The translations under genes were made by a program, and so were the position numbers. The notes under the pieces were generated by a model. It was given only the letters and a program-made list of their open reading frames with translations, did not search any database and was not told the origin of the DNA. This document shows positions 57,958 through 64,000 of a stretch of DNA of 64,000 bases, piece after piece (position 1 is the first letter of the stretch; each line of letters begins with the position of its first letter). Origin of the DNA: Octopus vulgaris (taxonomy: Eukaryota); assembly GCA_951406725.2 (NCBI GenBank), contig OX597825.1:76756001-76820000 (forward strand). The letters run 5' to 3'.

Positions 57958-58425
57958 CCACCAAGGCAAGGACTTGGCAGAAGTCTTAGCACGCCAGGAA
58001 ATAAATTTTTTAGCGGTTTTTCGCCCGTCTTTACTTTCTGAGCTGAAATTCCGATGAGATCGATTTTGTCTTTGATTCCTTCTGGATCAATGAAATAAGT
58101 ACCTGGTGTGCCCTGGAGTTGAGGTAATTGAGTAGCTACCCTCCCCTAAAAACATTCAGGTTTTGTACCTATAGCAGACAGAATTATCATAATTATTAGG
58201 CTATGCTGGGATTGGAACGTAAAGATCAAGAACTAATATCGCCATGCATCCAACGGGACATTCTTTAGTTCGACCAGTTCCCCGCCTTGGATTGGTGCGT
58301 TTTGCTGGACCTCGAAAGAATGAAAGATAAATTTGTCTTCAGCAGGATTTGAACACAGAACACATAATCGGAACAAATAGCGAAGCATTTTGTCCGCTTC
58401 ACAAACTACCTTGCCAATTCACCGC
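57700..58425. mobile_element. Cluster of diverged SINE family A copies (two on +, one on -)
   Basis: ggttcaaattctgccgagttcgattttgtctttcatcc (~57770), aaggcaaggacttggcagaa (57963), gcaggatttgaacacagaac (~58345). Confidence 0.7.
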
Positions 58426-59510
58426 TTTTTGCGGTTATCTAAATCAGTCCGGTTCTTTGTGATCTGAGATCATCTTTGCCTTTGTTACCGGTTCAATATT
58501 ATGAACTATTCGACTAGATATGCGGACGTTGGGTCTGCTAAGTCGTCGGTTGAGATACTTTGTTACCACATTTTTCGAGTTCTGAGTTCAATTTGCATCA
58601 AAATGCCGATAATTAAGGTTAACCAGCCAAGCAAAGAAGAATCCTCCTCCAAACTTGAAATCGACCAAAGAGGAGAGGTGGGGCTACAAACCGAATGGAA
58701 AAACTGAGATATTGAACCCTTCATCAAGCACTGGATTCGCAACAGCTGAATGAAGCTGAATTGTTGTCGAATAGAAATTGTGGTAGAAGGAAATGGTCGA
58801 GGTTCCGTGCAGTGATATCGAACCTAGAATACGGAACTATGAAATGAACTTCTTAATCCCTCGGTAGCAATGTCGATTCTGCTTGGATATAATCTCAATT
58901 TCTGCATGGATCATGTTGCCATTGCTTAAAAATATCGATGAGATTAGTACAAAAAGTTTTTTAGGGGTATATAGATAGACAGATAGATAGATATAAACAT
59001 GCATATATATATATATTGCATATACATACACACACATACTCTCACACACATACTCTCACACACATACATACCTGCATACATACATACATACATACATACA
59101 TACATACATACATACACACACATGCATACATACATACATACATACATACATACATACATACATAAATACATACATACATACATACATAAATACACACACA
59201 CATGCATACATACATACATACATACATAAATACATACATACATACATACATACATACATAGATACATAAATACATACATACATACACACATACACACACA
59301 CATGCATACATACATACATAAATACATACATACATAAATACATACATACATACATACATACATACATACATACATACATACATACATACATACATACATA
59401 CATACATGCATATATACGTTGGTTTACATCGGACGGATGAGAAGAATGCTCATTACATGCTACAAAGGATATATTGTTTTATTGAAACTGAATGCTATTT
59501 ATATACATTT

Positions 59511-59548
<38 letters not shown>

Positions 59549-59560
59549 ACACACACACAC

Positions 59561-59606
<46 letters not shown>

Positions 59607-60037
59607 ACACATACACGCACACACACACAGAGGCAATCAAAGGTTTTATTTTGATCATCGATTGAGATGACTATTGTTTTTGTTTTATTCAGCAGAGTGT
59701 ATAATGATTTTTTATTTATGTTTAAATATGCTCACTACGAACACACAACAGGTACAGACACATGTAACAATACGAAGCACACACACAGACACACACACAC
59801 ACACACAGAAGCAACATACACATACAATAAAGCACTTCATACATATTTAAACACATACAGACATAGACGTAATACTTACACTTAGAGGCAGTCATCAATT
59901 TTGCAGAACGTGTGCAAATGCGCTTGTATTTACACACGGGACATATATTAATATATAATATAAATATATAAATATAACAATTTTTGCTTAGGTAATAGGC
60001 TGATAAAAATACATCAAACAACCTCGCACGTAATTCC

Positions 60038-60197
60038 GCAGGTTTGGCTGTGTTGTAAGAAGTTTGTTTCTCAACCACAAAGTTCCGGGTTCCAGACCCA
60101 CTGCGTGGCACCTTCAGCAAGTGACTTCTGTCATAACCTTGGGCCAACCAAAGCCTTGTGAGTTGATTTGGTGGACAGAAACTGCAAGAAAACCCGT

Positions 60198-60200
<3 letters not shown>
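60038..60200 (+). mobile_element. SINE family B 5' half (another fragment at 60513-60598)
   Basis: Head plus CORE-like motif ending in (TA)n. Confidence 0.85.
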
Positions 60201-60234
<34 letters not shown>

Positions 60235-60438
60235 TTTCCTTCCGGTCATTCAAAATGTGACCGCGTGTGTACCGTTAGCGATTTTTTTCCTCTGTCTTCC
60301 CTTCTCTGGATCTTTCCTTCTCCTATGTTTCCGACGAAGAGCTCCGCTACCCTCCTTCTTTCCTGAGCGTCCAATAATACTATATTTGTTCCACGTCCTC
60401 GTGTTGTTGTGTTTTTTTGTGCTTTCTTGTTTGGATTA

Positions 60439-60442
<4 letters not shown>
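60235..60442 (+). mobile_element. (TA)n-embedded element with a half-deleted hammerhead
   Basis: tttCCGACGAaGAGCtccGCT at ~60328-60348 lacks the GAAAC half; pyrimidine-rich flanks resemble 49945-50165. Confidence 0.45.
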
Positions 60443-60516
<74 letters not shown>

Positions 60517-60846
60517 CAAGTGTCTTCTACTATAGCCTCAGGCCGACCAAAGCCTTGTGAGTGGATTTGTTGGACGGAAATTGAAAGAAGACCGTCGTAT
60601 ATATGTATATGTATACGTATGTGTATGTATCGCACCTGCTTCAGTTTTTGGCTGATAAAGGACCAGATGGCAAAAGGTTATCAAACAAAATGGAAAATAT
60701 GTAAATCTTTGTATGAAAAAAAGAATGACATAATGACATATTTCACACTAAGATACTGGAAATACTTTCTTGACAACCTAATATATATTTGTGTGCATGT
60801 GTATATATATATATATATTCTTCTCAACCGAATATATATTTGTGTG

Positions 60847-60904
<58 letters not shown>

Positions 60905-60929
60905 TATATATATGTGTGTATATAATGAT

Positions 60930-61185
60930 AAACGTCGCCCTTTTCAAGCCAACCAGGCTCATGGGCCCGGTTTCTGTGGCGTATGTGTGTCCCCACCCCC
61001 AGCTGGACGGGATGCCAGTCCATCGCAGCGTTACTCAAGAAACAGGAAGAGAGAGTGAGAGAAAGTTGTGGCGAAAGAGTACAACAGGGGTCGCCACCTT
61101 CCCCTGCCGGAGCCTCTTGGAGCTTTTTAGGTGTTTTCGCTCAATAAACACACCCATCAGCCTAACCACTGGGCCATTGCACCTC

Positions 61186-61187
<2 letters not shown>
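60930..61187 (-). mobile_element. SINE family D (V-domain-like motif), B box deleted
   Basis: Minus strand: tggaggtgcaatggcccagtggttagg head and ctgcgatggactggcatcccgtccag motif. Confidence 0.7.
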
Positions 61188-61243
<56 letters not shown>

Positions 61244-61576
61244 CATACATGTAAATATGTGAACATATGCGTATACATGACAGACTGTATACGCTCATAT
61301 ACAAATGAATAAATACATACACACACAAACATATATGTATATATGTGTGTGTGTGTGTATTCTGATACACTCAGGAAATTACAGATACCTACACACATAT
61401 TTATGAGTATGATTATGTGTGTATATATGTCAAGGTGAACATATACAATATTTGAAATGGTTTTAATGATACAGTTATTAAGCTAAAATGATTAGATGCA
61501 AAGAACATTGCGAGAAAATCATTAGCCGCATAAAAGCTTCTGACACAAACGTTTTCATTTCCCCCGCTCTCTTTCT

Positions 61577-61611
<35 letters not shown>

Positions 61612-61640
61612 ACAGGTTCATTTATGAAACCAAAGTATTG

Positions 61641-61672
<32 letters not shown>

Positions 61673-61834
61673 TCGTTCCTCCCTTCTGCCCGAGTTTTCT
61701 ATTTCCTATATAATTATCATCTTTTATTTCCAGCCAAAGGTCGCCTCGTCAATTCGTCTACACTCGATTCTGTCAATTTCTGCTCCTCTCTGTCCTCAGC
61801 TAGAATAAATTGTCAACGGACACACGCATTTATG

Positions 61835-61923
<89 letters not shown>

Positions 61924-62237
61924 ATATATATATACATATGTAAACATACATATCTATGCACACGTACATACATACATACATACCATACTCACGTAATACA
62001 TATATATCATGTATATGTGTGAGTGTGTGCATGTATGTGTGTATATACATATAACTGCTTTGCTTTTATATATATGCATACATATATATACATATACATA
62101 TTCATATATGTACATGTATGTATGTACGTAGGTATGCATGAATGTATGTTTATATACATATATACATGCATATATATATATGAATATATACATATATATA
62201 TATCGAGGGAGAGGGATAGAATGAGAGAAAGAAGCGA

Positions 62238-62274
<37 letters not shown>

Positions 62275-62279
62275 TCATG

Positions 62280-62337
<58 letters not shown>

Positions 62338-62698
62338 ATCACACACTCACACACTCACTCACCCACTCACGGATATACATAGATATTCGTCTGTCTACCT
62401 AAACGTAAATGTTGATTTGGCCGCTCCATTTTAGGCTGCTGGTCGATTAATATAAGTACCTGACGAAATGTTGGCGGCGCTGTTATTGACGAGTGATGTG
62501 TACATACGGTTGGTGCCTAAACATGTCCCTAATCGAACAACCAAAAGCAGCGAAGGAAATGATAACTTGATCGTTGTACTGTCACTTGTAATTTAATAGG
62601 AAGTATGAGGCTGTGTTCGTTGACAAGATCGACCATGCAATTCATAACATGTGTTTCAATTGAGTTATTGTGTTAAATTATTTCACATTATTTAACAC

Positions 62699-62858
62699 AG
62701 TCGCAGGAGTGACTGTGTGGTAAGTAGCTTGCTTGCCAACCACATGGTTCTGGGTTCAGTCATACTGCGTAGCACTTTGGGCAAATGCTTTCTGCTATAG
62801 CCTTGGGCCGATCAAAGTCTTGTGAGTGCATTTGGTAGATGGAAACTGAAAGTAGCCC

Positions 62859-62861
<3 letters not shown>
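62699..62861 (+). mobile_element. SINE family B 5' half
   Basis: Close match to 47833-47997; ends in (TA)n. Confidence 0.9.
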
Positions 62862-62909
<48 letters not shown>

Positions 62910-63375
62910 GATGACGCCGTTAATCGCTACACACCAGCCGATGCTAATTGGTCGGTAAAAATTTAAGATGGCTTTTGTGGCTTTTAAGCTTATATAATTA
63001 GTTCCAAGAAGCCAATCATGTCATTTAAGGCTGTGTTTCAAAATTGAAAATCTGAGTAATGAGTTTCGAAACGCGGTAGAGACCCCTTTACAATATGCAA
63101 AATAAAAGAATATATGATAAAAAAAGAATAATAAAAAGTAACACATGAATATATATAAACAAATAATATCTACATATGTCAGAAGTGAACTGCGATGTCA
63201 TAATCGAGTTAAACTATGATCAGAAGACAATACAATCTAGACATATAACCATCCTACAATATACATATAATAGTATATTACCCGACGCATTATTTGTCAG
63301 GGAATTTAGCTGCAACAACTCGTCTGACGAGTGATGTAAAAGATCTATTATTTGCACAGTGGTATCATTAATTGT

Positions 63376-63610
63376 AAGGCGGCGAGGTGGCAGAAACGTT
63401 AGCACGCCGGGCAAAATGCGTAGCCGTATTTCGTCTGCCGTTACGTTCTGAGTTCAAATTCCGCCAAGGTCGATTTTGCCTTTCATCCTTTCGGGGTCGA
63501 TTATATAAGTACCAGTTACGCACTGGGGTCGATATAATCAACTTAATCCGATGGTCTGTCCTTGTTCGTCCCCTCTGTGTTTAGCCCCTTGTGGGTAGTA
63601 AAGAAATAAA
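63376..63610 (+). mobile_element. Full-length SINE family A with 13-bp TSD
   Basis: tatcattaattgt at 63363-63375 and 63611-63623. Confidence 0.95.
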
Positions 63611-63669
63611 TATCATTAATTGTTGTAGTGGTGGTGGTGGTGGTGGTGGTGGTAGTATTAGTAGCAGCT

Positions 63670-63752
<83 letters not shown>

Positions 63753-64000
63753 TGTTGTTGTTGTTGTTGTTGCTGTGAGGTTTTGGCGTTAGCTCTGTCT
63801 GTTCTTCACTGTAGAAATCAGATGTGATATGCATAACAGACCTAAAACCCAAGATATTCCTACTGCGACCATCCCCACTTTTCTTTCGGGCATGCCATCC
63901 AGATTATTCAATATTCCATTGACTTTACAAGACTATAATATTCGGAGAGGTTTCGCTGCTATTTCTAACAAATTCTACGAATGCACATAGTGGCTGTCAT

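Overview
AT-rich, microsatellite-saturated eukaryotic non-coding DNA (intronic or intergenic). The tRNA-derived SINE repertoire and simple-repeat spectrum point to an octopus genome (inference from recognition, no database search). Nearly all ORFs in the track are translated simple repeats, and no confident host gene is visible. Recognisable content: (i) dozens of tRNA-derived SINE copies from at least four families, three with clear target-site duplications; (ii) a decayed Penelope-like retroelement (PLE) at ~37.3-39.25 kb on the minus strand; (iii) remnants of an L1/Tx1-like endonuclease and RTE-type LINE 3' ends; (iv) mariner-type and hAT-type MITEs. The main result is a set of up to eight minimal type-I hammerhead ribozyme (HHR) motifs, ranging from intact to decayed, in short non-coding elements that mostly sit beside (TA)n tracts. 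Two have complete cores (5573-5654 and 13232-13326, both minus strand) with unusually long stem II inserts. One of these has a perfect 40-nt cis-antisense copy of its own loop just upstream. Another lies between ~90-bp direct repeats spaced 364 bp apart, like a retrozyme. All calls were made by eye.
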